DNA of 32,000 nucleotides from Aliivibrio fischeri ES114 (GCF_000011805.1 NC_006840.2), one strand, 5' to 3'; positions 10,570 to 19,050 are shown, counted from the stretch's first letter. Notes: generated by a model from the letters alone, not told the origin. A program made the numbers and translations.

Positions 10570-11529
10570 CTAATAAGAATCATTACAACTCATTGGTTCA
10601 AAATGAATGGGAGGCGGATTTTTATGCCATTCTTCTTTTGTTAAATAGGTTTTACCACCAGATTTAATGTATGGACTGTTATCATCAACAATGGATAAAT
10701 CATCAGGAGCTACCGTGCCCATATAATACCAAGTTGGTGTTGTGGTTAAATATTGGAAACGGCTTCCACCAGCACCTGGAAGGTAATTGGCATTAGATAA
10801 ATCGCCATGTGAAACTGAAGTGTTTACTGTTGGATAATAATCGGCACCAGTACTAATCAATACTTTTGCTGTAGCAACATCTTGTTTGCCTTGCGGCTTA
10901 TCAGGTACAAGCCAAGCTTTCATTCGAACAAATGCAGCAAGAACGTTTTCTCCATCAATTTCAACTTTACTGGTTCCACCGTGTAATGGGTAATGCTCAG
11001 TGTGTAATTCGTATTCTTTAAACCCTTCAGCATTACGACGATAAGGCACATCTTCAATATACTTAATGATGTTATGAGAATAGTAAGCAGCCCAGTTAAC
11101 TTGTGCTTTAGTTACCGTAACATTTACCCACTCAGCAGTCAGTGGGTCCATCGAACCATCGGTAGATTGAAGCAGCCACATGTCCGCATCACCAATCACC
11201 ACTCGAACGTTTCTTGATGTGTTTTTTTGGTCTTCAAAAACCGTAAACCATTGAGTCATTCCACTCCATGGTTCAGACGTTGTCATGCTTTTATCTATGA
11301 TCTCATCAGCCCAATACGAAGGTGCAGCATCTCCTCTAGGGATCCCTTGAACTATCGTTGCTCCATTTGCCCACCCAGAGGTCGTAGGTGCATTGTACAA
11401 TTTAGCATCATTGGGTAATGCCATTGATGAATAGGTATCAGAAGCAACAACATGCTCAGCCAAGCTCAATGGGCTATATAAGCATAGTGCGCTAAGAAAT
11501 ATCGATGCTAATTTCATATTCTTTTTCAT
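10570..11529 (-). CDS. Secreted hypothetical protein inserted between grpE and dnaK
   Basis: 319 aa. Signal peptide MKKNMKLASIFLSALCLYSPLSLAEH. It has its own terminator. I recognise no family. Confidence 0.7.
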   Translation of the reverse strand: MKKNMKLASIFLSALCLYSPLSLAEHVVASDTYSSMALPNDAKLYNAPTTSGWANGATIVQGIPRGDAAPSYWADEIIDKSMTTSEPWSGMTQWFTVFEDQKNTSRNVRVVIGDADMWLLQSTDGSMDPLTAEWVNVTVTKAQVNWAAYYSHNIIKYIEDVPYRRNAEGFKEYELHTEHYPLHGGTSKVEIDGENVLAAFVRMKAWLVPDKPQGKQDVATAKVLISTGADYYPTVNTSVSHGDLSNANYLPGAGGSRFQYLTTTPTWYYMGTVAPDDLSIVDDNSPYIKSGGKTYLTKEEWHKNPPPIHFEPMSCNDSY

Positions 11530-11690
11530 ATCCTTTAGGTTAACTCATATCATTCCATGATGATTAAAATGTAGTAAAAAACAAAAGAAATAACGACACC
11601 AATGACGACAAATATACAAACCTTTGAAGCTCATTCCTTATTTATAAGGCACATTCTAAAAACAGAGACATTACATCTTAAAAAAAAGAC

Positions 11691-11722
11691 AAAAAAAAGC
11701 GATCCCGAACTCGGAACCGCTT
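11691..11722 (-). terminator. Intrinsic terminator after grpE
   Basis: Minus strand: AAGCGGTTCCGAGTTCGGGATCGCTT hairpin followed by T8. Confidence 0.75.
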
Positions 11723-11757
11723 GATTTTTAATCATAATTTGAATCAAAAAATGATGA

Positions 11758-12342
11758 TTATTGAGCAACCATTACCATTGCTGGACGTAATACTTGATCA
11801 TTTAATGTGTAGCCTTTTTGCATCACGATCATAACTGTATTTGATTCATGATCTGGGCTTGCTTGCATGCCAATTGCTTGATGAAGTTCAGGGTTAAACG
11901 CTTCACCCATTGGGTTAATTACCGTTAAGCCGAATTTCTCAACCGTCGATACAAACGTTTGAAGTGTTAGTTCAACACCTTCAAGCAATGCTTTTGCAGC
12001 TTCATTTTCTTTATCACCGCTTTCAAGAGCACGCTCTAAGTTATCTAGAACAGGAAGAAGCTCACCAGCAAATTTCTTCAGTGCGTATTTACGCGCTTTA
12101 TCAACGTCTTCTTCAGCACGACGACGAACATTTTGCTCTTCAGCTTTTGCTCGTAGAACCGTATCTTGTTGTTCTTTAACTTGTGCTTGGCTAGCAAGTA
12201 GTGCTGCTTCTAGTTCTGCAATTTTTGCTTCTTGGCTATCTTCAGCAGATTCATTCCATTCCACATCAGCTTCTGTGCCAACTGCTTCAACTTGCTCTTC
12301 TACTACTGCTTCTTCGTTTACTTTGTTTTCTTCGTTACTCAT
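11758..12342 (-). CDS. grpE: Nucleotide exchange factor GrpE
   Basis: 194 aa. Acidic N-terminus, coiled coil ([43 protein letters not shown]) and a C-terminal beta domain typical of GrpE. Confidence 0.93.
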   Translation of the reverse strand: MSNEENKVNEEAVVEEQVEAVGTEADVEWNESAEDSQEAKIAELEAALLASQAQVKEQQDTVLRAKAEEQNVRRRAEEDVDKARKYALKKFAGELLPVLDNLERALESGDKENEAAKALLEGVELTLQTFVSTVEKFGLTVINPMGEAFNPELHQAIGMQASPDHESNTVMIVMQKGYTLNDQVLRPAMVMVAQ

Positions 12343-12438
12343 TACTGCTTTCTCCAGAATGCTAATGACTAGCTATATAAAGCGATCTTAATACAAACCA
12401 AGGCGTCGCTCTATACGCAAATTAAAACTTTGACATTA

Positions 12439-12467
12439 TTATGGGGACTAAATAGTGCGATTCAAGC
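12439..12467 (-). promoter_or_regulatory. sigma32 heat-shock promoter of grpE
   Basis: Minus strand: CTTGAAT - 13 nt (CGCACTATTTAGT) - CCCCATAA, a near-consensus sigma32 promoter. Confidence 0.75.
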
Positions 12468-12510
12468 ATAATAGTACGAATTGTAACATTTGTTCCCCAT
12501 TTCATGATGG

Positions 12511-13404
12511 ATGATGGATATGAAAAGAGCCTTTAACGTTATTGCTATCATTGGTAAACCAAGAGATCCTAATGCGATAAAAACGCATTTATCGATTTAT
12601 CACTGGCTTACTGATCAAAATTATACGGTCCTTCTCGATGACCGTTTACGTGAAGCCCTACCTGAAATTCCAGCTGACCGTTTCAATCATCTATTAAAGT
12701 TAGGGGAATTAGCTGATCTTGCCATTGTTGTTGGTGGTGATGGCAATATGCTAGGTGCTGCACGTGTACTCTCTCGATTTGATATTTCAGTCATTGGGGT
12801 TAATAGAGGTAATCTTGGTTTCTTAACTGATCTTGATCCAGATAACTTTGAAGAACCTCTGCAAGCGGTATTAAATGGTGACTTTGTAAAAGAAGAGCGC
12901 TTTTTATTAGAAGCTGAAGTTCATCGCCATGGGCAAGTTAAAAGCCATAATTCAGCCTTTAATGAAGTGGTACTTCACCCAGGCCAAGTCGCACACATGA
13001 TTGAATTTGAAGTGTATATTGATGACACTTTTGCTTTCTCTCAACGCTCAGATGGTTTGATTATCTCAACGCCTACAGGATCAACGGCCTATTCACTCTC
13101 TGGTGGCGGCCCGATTCTATCTCCAAACTTAAATGCCATCTCAATTGTACCAATGTTTCCACATACACTTTCAAGTCGCCCCTTGGTGGTCGAAGGAAAG
13201 CGTCACATTAAGTTGTGCATATCTCCAGAGAACCGCACCACGTTAGAAGTAAGCTGTGATGGGCAAGTCTCTCTGCCTGTTAGTCCGGGTGATGAAGTAC
13301 ATATTTTCCAAAGCCCATCAAGACTAAAGCTGATTCATCCTAAAGATTACAGCTACTATCATATACTTAGAAATAAGCTAGGGTGGTCAAGTAAGTTGTT
13401 CTAA
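12511..13404 (+). CDS. nadK: NAD kinase
   Basis: 297 aa with the [11 protein letters not shown] motif, [11 protein letters not shown] and [17 protein letters not shown]. The C-terminal KLGWSSKLF resembles E. coli NadK. The start may be one of the nearby downstream ATGs. Confidence 0.92.
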
Positions 13405-13447
13405 CGAGTAAAGTTAAGTTAGTCACAAAAAATTTAAATTCACTTTA

Positions 13448-13485
13448 CTGTATAAAGAAACAGTATATACTGTGTCTATATACAG
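13448..13485 (+). promoter_or_regulatory. Two LexA (SOS) boxes in the recN promoter
   Basis: CTGTATAAAGAAACAG (13448-13463) and CTGTGTCTATATACAG (13470-13485). Both fit CTGT-N8-ACAG and lie 37-75 nt upstream of the recN ATG. Confidence 0.85.
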
Positions 13486-13521
13486 TGTTTTTCGTATTTT
13501 AAATTTCGCAGAGACTGACTT

Positions 13522-15189
13522 ATGTTGGCACATATTAAAATTACTCATTTTGCTATCGTAAAATCTTTAGAGCTTGATCTAACCAAAGGCATGACAACCA
13601 TCACTGGTGAGACTGGTGCAGGTAAATCCATCGCCATTGATGCCCTTGGTTTGTGTCTTGGTGATCGCGCAGAAGCTTCCATGGTTCGCCAAGGGGAAGA
13701 AAAAGCGGAAATCACCGTTCTTTTTACTCTAGAAAACAACATTAATGCCAAACGTTGGTTAGAAGATAACGAACTTTATGATGGCAATGATTGTATTTTA
13801 CGTCGTGTCATTACCAAAGAAGGCCGCTCGCGTGGCTTTATCAATGGTAGCCCTGTCCCTGCAGCTCAACTAAAAACATTAGGCCATTTGTTGATTAACA
13901 TTCATGGCCAACATGCTCACCATGAACTAATGAAACCTGAATACCAACTCAATATGTTGGATCAATATGCAGGACATGTTTCATTATTAAATAAAACTCG
14001 CAGCCGTTATCAAGCATGGCGACAAGCTGACAATGCGTTAAAACAAATGATTAAGCATAGTCAACAAAACGAAGCTCAAAAACAGCTGATCGAATATCAA
14101 ATAAAAGAGCTGAATGAGCTTGCATTAGGTGAAGAAGAATTCACTCAATTAGAAGAAGACCATAAGCGCCTTTCTAATTCTGGTGAATTAGTTGAATGCA
14201 GCCAACAAGCCATCTCTATTTTGTATGAAAATGATGAAGTGAATGCGCTTCAATTACTGCAATATGCCAATAATCATATTCAACAATTAGGTCAATTAGA
14301 TCCTCAACTTGCTCCTTTATCTGAAATGTTGAATGAAGCCATGATTCAGGTTGAAGAAGCCAATCATGAAATCAAAAACTACCTTGATAATATTGATGTT
14401 GATCCTGAGCAAATTGCTTTTGTTGAAGAGCGCTTTAGTCGAGTAATGTCGATGGCAAAAAAACACCATGTTCTTGCTGACGAATTATATGAACATCACC
14501 AACAGTTATTAGCAGAATATGATCGCCTTGATTGCTCTGATGAAAAACGTGAACAGCGTGAACAAGAAGTAGAAGAACTAAAACAACACTTCTTAGAAGC
14601 GGCACATAAGTTAACGAAAAGTCGTCAACGTTACGCAAAAGAATTAAACAACAAAATTACCGACAGCATGCAAACTTTAAGCATGGAAAAAGCGGTATTC
14701 GATATTCAAATTGAAAGTGATGCACATACGAAGATTTCACCTCTCGGCATCGATACCTTGTGCTTTAAGGTATCCACAAACCCGGGGCAACCACTGCAAC
14801 CAATTGCTAAAGTGGCTTCAGGTGGTGAGTTATCACGTATTTCACTGGCTATCCAAGTGATTACGGCGCAAAAAGTTGATACACCAAGCCTGATTTTCGA
14901 TGAGGTTGATGTAGGTATCAGCGGACCGACTGCGGCAGTCGTAGGTAAAATGCTACGCACTCTAGGTGAATCAACTCAAGTGTTGTGCGTAACTCACTTA
15001 CCTCAAGTTGCAGGTTGTGGCCATAACCAACTGTTTGTTGCTAAGCATACAAAATCAGGTAAAACTGAAACCCAAATGCGAGCATTAAACTTAGAAGAAC
15101 GTGTAGAAGAGCTAGCTCGCTTACTTGGCGGAACTCAAATTACTGCTCACACATTAGCCAACGCAAAAGAATTACTGAACGCAGCTTAA
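13522..15189 (+). CDS. recN: DNA repair protein RecN
   Basis: 555 aa. Walker A GETGAGKS, a long central coiled coil, signature [13 protein letters not shown] and Walker [10 protein letters not shown]. Confidence 0.95.
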   Translation: MLAHIKITHFAIVKSLELDLTKGMTTITGETGAGKSIAIDALGLCLGDRAEASMVRQGEEKAEITVLFTLENNINAKRWLEDNELYDGNDCILRRVITKEGRSRGFINGSPVPAAQLKTLGHLLINIHGQHAHHELMKPEYQLNMLDQYAGHVSLLNKTRSRYQAWRQADNALKQMIKHSQQNEAQKQLIEYQIKELNELALGEEEFTQLEEDHKRLSNSGELVECSQQAISILYENDEVNALQLLQYANNHIQQLGQLDPQLAPLSEMLNEAMIQVEEANHEIKNYLDNIDVDPEQIAFVEERFSRVMSMAKKHHVLADELYEHHQQLLAEYDRLDCSDEKREQREQEVEELKQHFLEAAHKLTKSRQRYAKELNNKITDSMQTLSMEKAVFDIQIESDAHTKISPLGIDTLCFKVSTNPGQPLQPIAKVASGGELSRISLAIQVITAQKVDTPSLIFDEVDVGISGPTAAVVGKMLRTLGESTQVLCVTHLPQVAGCGHNQLFVAKHTKSGKTETQMRALNLEERVEELARLLGGTQITAHTLANAKELLNAA

Positions 15190-15215
15190 TATCTACAGCA
15201 TCCGTTTATCGACTC

Positions 15216-15252
15216 AAAAAGCCAATATTATTTTATTAATATTGGCTTTTTT
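15216..15252 (+). terminator. Intrinsic terminator after recN
   Basis: Stem GCCAATATTA (15221-15230) / TAATATTGGC (15237-15246) followed by TTTTTT. Confidence 0.75.
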
Positions 15253-15404
15253 AATGAAAGTAATCACTAAAATCGAAAGAATCAATGCAACTAGATTCAA
15301 AATTTAGGGTCAAAACACACTAGAACACGCTTAACCTTTTTACTTCTTAGGTCAGCTTGTTTATCATCTGTTTAATTATTTAAAAGGCTAAAGCTGTACG
15401 AACT

Positions 15405-15761
15405 ATGCAATTCAAAAAATGGATCATTGCTCTACCCCTCGCTGTTGGACTACTGGGTGGTTGCTCGTTATTAGAGCCATTGGTATATCGAATCGATATT
15501 GCCCAAGGTAATTACGTTGAACAAGAAGCTGTCGACAAACTGCGATTTGGCATGACCAAACAACAAGTACAGTTTGTAATGGGTTCACCAATGCTCGTTG
15601 AGTCTGGTTATCCAAATACGTGGTACTACATTTATCACTTTACTCATGGCCACGAAAAATCAATTCAAAAGAACTTAATCGTTCACTTTGATGACAATGG
15701 TAACCTAACCAATATGGAAGGCGACTTCCCGATGAGTGACAGTTTCTTCGAGAAGCTTTAA
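15405..15761 (+). CDS. bamE: Outer membrane assembly lipoprotein BamE (SmpA)
   Basis: 118 aa. Lipobox LLGGC, then [10 protein letters not shown]...[14 protein letters not shown], typical of BamE. Conserved position between recN and ratA/smpB. Confidence 0.88.
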
Positions 15762-15784
15762 TTTCCTCACCGTATTTCAAACAC

Positions 15785-15822
15785 AAAAAAACCGGATCTC
15801 GTTTAACGAAATCCGGTTTTTT
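15785..15822. terminator. Bidirectional intrinsic terminator between bamE and rnfH
   Basis: Stem ACCGGAT (15791-15797) / ATCCGGT (15811-15817), with an A-run upstream and a T-run downstream. Confidence 0.7.
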
Positions 15823-15841
15823 ATTTTCTTAAACTAAGAAA

Positions 15842-16153
15842 TTATTTTTTTGCCGCTTCTTTCTTAGCTTGCTCAGCTCTTTTTCGACGAATTTCTTTTG
15901 GATCAGCTAATAGTGGGCGATAGATTTCAATGCGATCTTTATCTCGAATTGTCGAATCTAGTTTAACGTTACGGCTAAACACACCGACTTTATTCACTTT
16001 TAAATCAATCTCAGGGTAACGTTCTAATACGCCAGATTGAACAATGATCTCTTCTACGGTTTGTTCTGCTTTTACCGCTAATTTAAATACAACTTGTTCC
16101 GTTGGCAGAGCATAAACAACTTCTACGTGGATCATTTCGTTAATTACAGTCAT
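15842..16153 (-). CDS. rnfH: RnfH/YfjF (RatB) family ubiquitin-like protein
   Basis: 103 aa. VEVVYALP..Q...L.V.......E.I..SG...........NKVGVFSR......D.....DRIEIYRPL.ADPKE.RR.RA matches remembered YfjF. Overlaps the end of ratA. Confidence 0.82.
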   Translation of the reverse strand: MTVINEMIHVEVVYALPTEQVVFKLAVKAEQTVEEIIVQSGVLERYPEIDLKVNKVGVFSRNVKLDSTIRDKDRIEIYRPLLADPKEIRRKRAEQAKKEAAKK

Positions 16154-16577
16154 ATACTTGCTTCGCTCTTTGAGTAAATGAATTCACCATATTATTAGTT
16201 AATTCTTGAAACACTTTCCCAAATGCCATCGCAACTAACGCATTGGAAAATTCAAAATCTAACTTTAACTCAACCTTACAAGCGGTTTCATCGAGTGCCA
16301 TAAAATGCCAACCGCCGGTTAATGATTTAAATGGGCCATCAACAAGATTCATTCCAATCATTTCAGAGTCAATTAAGGTATTTTTGGTTGTAAATGTTTT
16401 CTTTATGCCCGCTTTTGCGACATCAACAGACGCTACCATTGTACTTTCTGTTTGCTCTAAGATCTTAGAACCTGAGCAACCAGGTAAAAACTGAGGGTAT
16501 GACGCAACATCATTGACTAAATCGTACATCTGCTTTGCGCTAAACGGCACTAATGCAGATCGGCTAACCTGAGGCAT
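16140..16577 (-). CDS. ratA: SRPBCC-family RatA/YfjG (ribosome association toxin / CoQ-binding homologue)
   Basis: 145 aa. MPQVSRSALVPFSAKQMYDLVNDVASYPQFLPGCSGSKILE...LVDGPFKSLTGGW.F is colinear with remembered E. coli RatA. Confidence 0.88.
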   Translation of the reverse strand: MPQVSRSALVPFSAKQMYDLVNDVASYPQFLPGCSGSKILEQTESTMVASVDVAKAGIKKTFTTKNTLIDSEMIGMNLVDGPFKSLTGGWHFMALDETACKVELKLDFEFSNALVAMAFGKVFQELTNNMVNSFTQRAKQVYDCN

Positions 16578-16637
16578 AAATTATCCTTTACATTATAGAG
16601 GTAAGCATCATACCATCTTGAATTAGCTTGAGTATAT

Positions 16638-16834
16638 ATAACCTGAACTCGAGATAAAAAAGGCTATTAAATACCTATATCTATCATATAAAGCATTCTA
16701 TTCAGTGCTGTAATTTTAGATGCATAACTAGGCAAAATCATAAGTCAATAGCGAGTCTATTGCGTTGATTTTAACAACGTTAGGCGCTAAAAGTATGGTA
16801 CTGAAAGGCTTAAGTTGTCTCGAGTTCAGGTTAT
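16638..16834. repeat. MITE-like element: 17-bp perfect terminal inverted repeats flanking 163 bp in the ratA-smpB spacer
   Basis: ATAACCTGAACTCGAGA (16638-16654) is the exact reverse complement of TCTCGAGTTCAGGTTAT (16818-16834). It shares the AACCTGAAC and TTATCTAG motifs with the 8121-8166 element. Confidence 0.6.
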
Positions 16835-16873
16835 CTAGTCAAACCACTTCCCTATCAGTATAATGTGGGCATT

Positions 16874-17359
16874 ATGGCAAAGAAAAAATCAAAAGATAAA
16901 GCGGGCAGTAATACCATTGCTATGAACAAGCAAGCTCGCCACGAATATTTCATTGATGATGAAATCGAAGCTGGGATTGAACTCCAAGGCTGGGAAGTTA
17001 AATCTCTTCGTTCTGGTAAAGTGAACATCGCTGAAAGTTACGTTTACGTACGCGATGGCGAAATTTTTATTAGTGGTATGACAATCACACCGCTACAAGC
17101 AGCATCGACTCACGTTATTGCGAATCCAACTCGTATTCGTAAATTACTGATGAGCCGTAAAGAAATTGATAACCTTATTGGCCGTGTAAACCGTGAAGGT
17201 ATGACACTGGTTGCAACGACAATGTACTGGGTTCGTTCTTGGGCGAAAATCAAAGTTGGCGTAGCTAAAGGTAAAAAACTGCACGATAAACGTACAGATT
17301 CAAAAGAAAAAGACTGGAACAGAGATAAAGCACGAATTATGAAGAGTAGTTTGCGTTAA
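16874..17359 (+). CDS. smpB: SsrA-binding protein SmpB
   Basis: [46 protein letters not shown]...[10 protein letters not shown] is colinear with SmpB. ATG 16874 is preferred over the GTG at 16865 used by the ORF track. Confidence 0.93.
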   Translation: MAKKKSKDKAGSNTIAMNKQARHEYFIDDEIEAGIELQGWEVKSLRSGKVNIAESYVYVRDGEIFISGMTITPLQAASTHVIANPTRIRKLLMSRKEIDNLIGRVNREGMTLVATTMYWVRSWAKIKVGVAKGKKLHDKRTDSKEKDWNRDKARIMKSSLR

Positions 17360-17432
17360 TTTCAACCAGTTAGATTGATACTAACTAGACAGACGCTGTT
17401 TTTCTGTTAGTATCATCTGGTAACAAAACTTT

Positions 17433-17799
17433 GGGGCTGATTCAGGATTCGACGGGAATTTTGAAACCCGAGGAGCATGTCGTGGGGCGGTTGGCCACGT
17501 AAAAAGCCGCAAAAAAATAGTCGCAAACGACGAAAACTACGCACTAGCAGCTTAATAACCTGCTGAGAGCTCTCCTGCCCTAGCTTCTGCTTGTAAGACG
17601 GGGAATAACAGGGGATCAAACCCAAACGAGCTAGAACGGATTCTCCCGCCTGAGAGATGAACTTCGAATTATAATTCAGGATAGCCATAAGATAGCGTGT
17701 CGGTTCGCAGTTTTACGGTGAAATCAAAGATCGACTAAACATGTAGCGCCAACGGTGAACGATTTTCGGACGGGGGTTCAAATCCCCCCAGCTCCACCA
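17433..17799 (+). ncRNA. ssrA: tmRNA (SsrA), 367 nt
   Basis: 5' GGGGCTGATTCAGGATTCGACGGG. Tag reading frame GCAAACGACGAAAACTACGCACTAGCAGCTTAA = ANDENYALAA-stop at 17523-17555. tRNA-like 3' end GGACGGGGGTTCAAATCCCCCCAGCTCCACCA. Confidence 0.97.
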
Positions 17800-17803
17800 A
17801 TTT

Positions 17804-17838
17804 AAACCCCTGTAATCAATAGGTTACAGGGGTTTTTC
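17804..17838 (+). terminator. ssrA intrinsic terminator
   Basis: Stem CCCCTGTAA (17807-17815) / TTACAGGGG (17824-17832) followed by TTTTT. Confidence 0.85.
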
Positions 17839-17894
17839 GTTTTAATGGCGGTTAAATGGCGGCTGTTTTTCGATAGGTATTAATAAATGATACT

Positions 17895-17988
17895 AATTAT
17901 TGGGTGGCGAACTGAGCAAGATTAGTCATACCGCTTCCAAGGATACGGCGCACCGAAGTGCTCTCACTCAGCCCACCATAATTTATTA
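17895..17988 (-). ncRNA. Structured RNA element, copy 1 (c4/CI-type antisense RNA candidate); core 17903-17977
   Basis: Minus strand: GGTGGGCTGAGTGAGAGCACTTCGGTGCGCCGTATCCTTGGAAGCGGTATGACTAATCTTGCTCAGTTCGCCACC. Closing helices GGTGG/CCACC and CTGAG/CTCAG, and an internal GCAC-UUCG-GUGC tetraloop hairpin. Shares conserved ends and the leader TAAATTAT with copy 2. Begins at the ant-like stop codon. Confidence 0.55.
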
Positions 17989-18534
17989 TTTACAGATTAA
18001 CCGAAGTTGTTCATTTACTGCATTCGCTATTTCAAGCAAATCCTTCACTTTAAAGAAACCAGGTTCTCTTACTATGCTTGGGATATCTGACGGAGCAAAT
18101 ACCATTGCATCATCAGGAACCGGAGTAACTGAAACCACGCTATCCATCTCTAACATGGTTAATATGCGAGTTCGTCTTTTTGGATGTGATTGCAAGTAAT
18201 CATTCTTTTGAGGACTGGTTTCTTTGTCTAATACATCCAATACCCATTTACGAAATTCTTTTGCTTTATTAGTTCGTGAGAACATAGCAAGCAAATGAGC
18301 GCCACGAAGAGAAAATATTCTTGCGTTTTGTTCGACGCCTCTAGGGTCGGTCAATTTGACCGAACCACTCATAGAAGAACTAAACTCATCGATATTTCTG
18401 GCATAAATTCGATTTAAAGCACTTGTATCTTTATAACCTAAAGCCGCTCCAATTTGAGATGCAGATAGCCAAATTTTATTATTTTGTTCAATAAGATTGA
18501 AATGAGTATTTTGAAAAGTAAGTTGATTGGTCAT
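17986..18534 (-). CDS. Phage antirepressor-like protein (BRO-N / P22 Ant N-terminal type domain)
   Basis: Start set to ATG 18534, with GGAGG SD 5 nt upstream; the ORF track used TTG 18546. MTNQLTFQNTHFNLIEQNNKIWLSASQIGAALGYKDTSALNRIYARNIDEF...RIFSLRGAHLLAMFSRTNKAKEFRKWVLDVL fits the antirepressor N-terminal domain pattern. The C-terminal half is unassigned. Confidence 0.6.
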   Translation of the reverse strand: MTNQLTFQNTHFNLIEQNNKIWLSASQIGAALGYKDTSALNRIYARNIDEFSSSMSGSVKLTDPRGVEQNARIFSLRGAHLLAMFSRTNKAKEFRKWVLDVLDKETSPQKNDYLQSHPKRRTRILTMLEMDSVVSVTPVPDDAMVFAPSDIPSIVREPGFFKVKDLLEIANAVNEQLRLICK

Positions 18535-18582
18535 AACGACCTCCAAGTGTCTAATTTTTATAAATCACCACTCAAAGGTATC

Positions 18583-18677
18583 AATCATTTGGTGGCGAAC
18601 CGAGCAAGGTTGATACTACCGCGACACAAGGAAAACGGCCCGAACGAATCGGCCTCACTCGGCCCACCATAATTTAG
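18583..18677 (-). ncRNA. Structured RNA element, copy 2 (c4/CI-type antisense RNA candidate); core 18591-18668
   Basis: Minus strand: GGTGGGCCGAGTGAGGCCGATTCGTTCGGGCCGTTTTCCTTGTGTCGCGGTAGTATCAACCTTGCTCGGTTCGCCACC. Same architecture as copy 1, but helix 2 is CCGAG/CTCGG (compensatory double change) and the hairpin stem sequence is different. Lies 56 nt upstream of the ant-like ATG. Confidence 0.55.
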
Positions 18678-18697
18678 ATGTGCTAAAGCATACGCAT

Positions 18698-18780
18698 AAA
18701 AAAACCAGCAAGATGCTGGCGATATACGCCTTGTTATCATTTCAGAGTATCAATTCTGTCATTGGATTTTGCCAATGAGT
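18698..18780 (-). ncRNA. Candidate ~80-nt small RNA bounded by a promoter and an intrinsic terminator
   Basis: Downstream of the 18787-18814 promoter. Contains hairpin CATTGG-CAAAAT-CCAATG and ends with CCAGC-ATCTT-GCTGG followed by TTTTTTT (18719-18698). There is no plausible ORF with an RBS. Confidence 0.45.
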
Positions 18781-18786
18781 CGGTAG

Positions 18787-18814
18787 ATTAAACGCAACAA
18801 AGGGAAACTGTCAA
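18787..18814 (-). promoter_or_regulatory. sigma70-type promoter (minus strand)
   Basis: TTGACA (18814-18809), a 16-nt spacer, then TTTAAT (18792-18787). Confidence 0.5.
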
Positions 18815-18852
18815 TAAAAAGATGATTTTAATTGTGTGTTTTTGATGACTCC

Positions 18853-18879
18853 CCGAGGTACTCAAATTGAGTACCTCGG
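18853..18879. repeat. 27-bp perfect palindrome P-a
   Basis: CCGAGGTACTCAA-A-TTGAGTACCTCGG, with 13-bp arms and no flanking U-tract. Confidence 0.8.
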
Positions 18880-19050
18880 AAGGAATCACTTAAAAAACTC
18901 ATTTTTATTTGTGCATACGTGATCAATTTATTTATCTCTCAATCCAAACTGACCACTTACCTTCTTTATGGATTATCTTATGAAAACGTTTCTTCGTATC
19001 TTTTTGTCCTTGGCATTGGTTCTGTTCAGTTCACCTTTGTACTAATTATA

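Noticed and set aside
17413-17688. 91-aa minus-strand ORF
   Set aside because: It lies entirely antisense to the tmRNA gene, which is unambiguous (tag ORF ANDENYALAA, tRNA-like ends). It has no RBS and is a spurious shadow ORF.
17956-17965. 10-nt identity AAGTGCTCTC between RNA copy 1 and the E'-tape-measure hairpin (21018-21027)
   Set aside because: Both occurrences are on the same strand and in the same sense, so no antisense pairing is possible. A single 10-mer match is compatible with chance.
17900-18199. 99-aa plus-strand ORF, and the 62-aa plus-strand ORF at 18484-18672
   Set aside because: Both run through the structured RNA repeats and antisense to the antirepressor-like gene. They have low-complexity odd composition and no RBS. 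The RNA elements explain these regions better.
18713-18778. 21-aa plus-strand ORF (MLAIYALLSFQSINSVIGFCQ) exactly antisense to the candidate sRNA, a possible type I toxin/antitoxin pair
   Set aside because: The ATG lies in the loop of the terminator hairpin. There is no Shine-Dalgarno and the peptide is only moderately hydrophobic. It is most likely coincidental, so it is kept only as a note.
18985-19015. 7-nt complementarity between the RNA copy 1 loop (UCCUUGG) and minus-strand CCAAGGA at 19013-19007
   Set aside because: A 7-mer is expected about twice per strand by chance in 32 kb. No start codon follows the SD-like AAGGA, so this is not enough for a target call.
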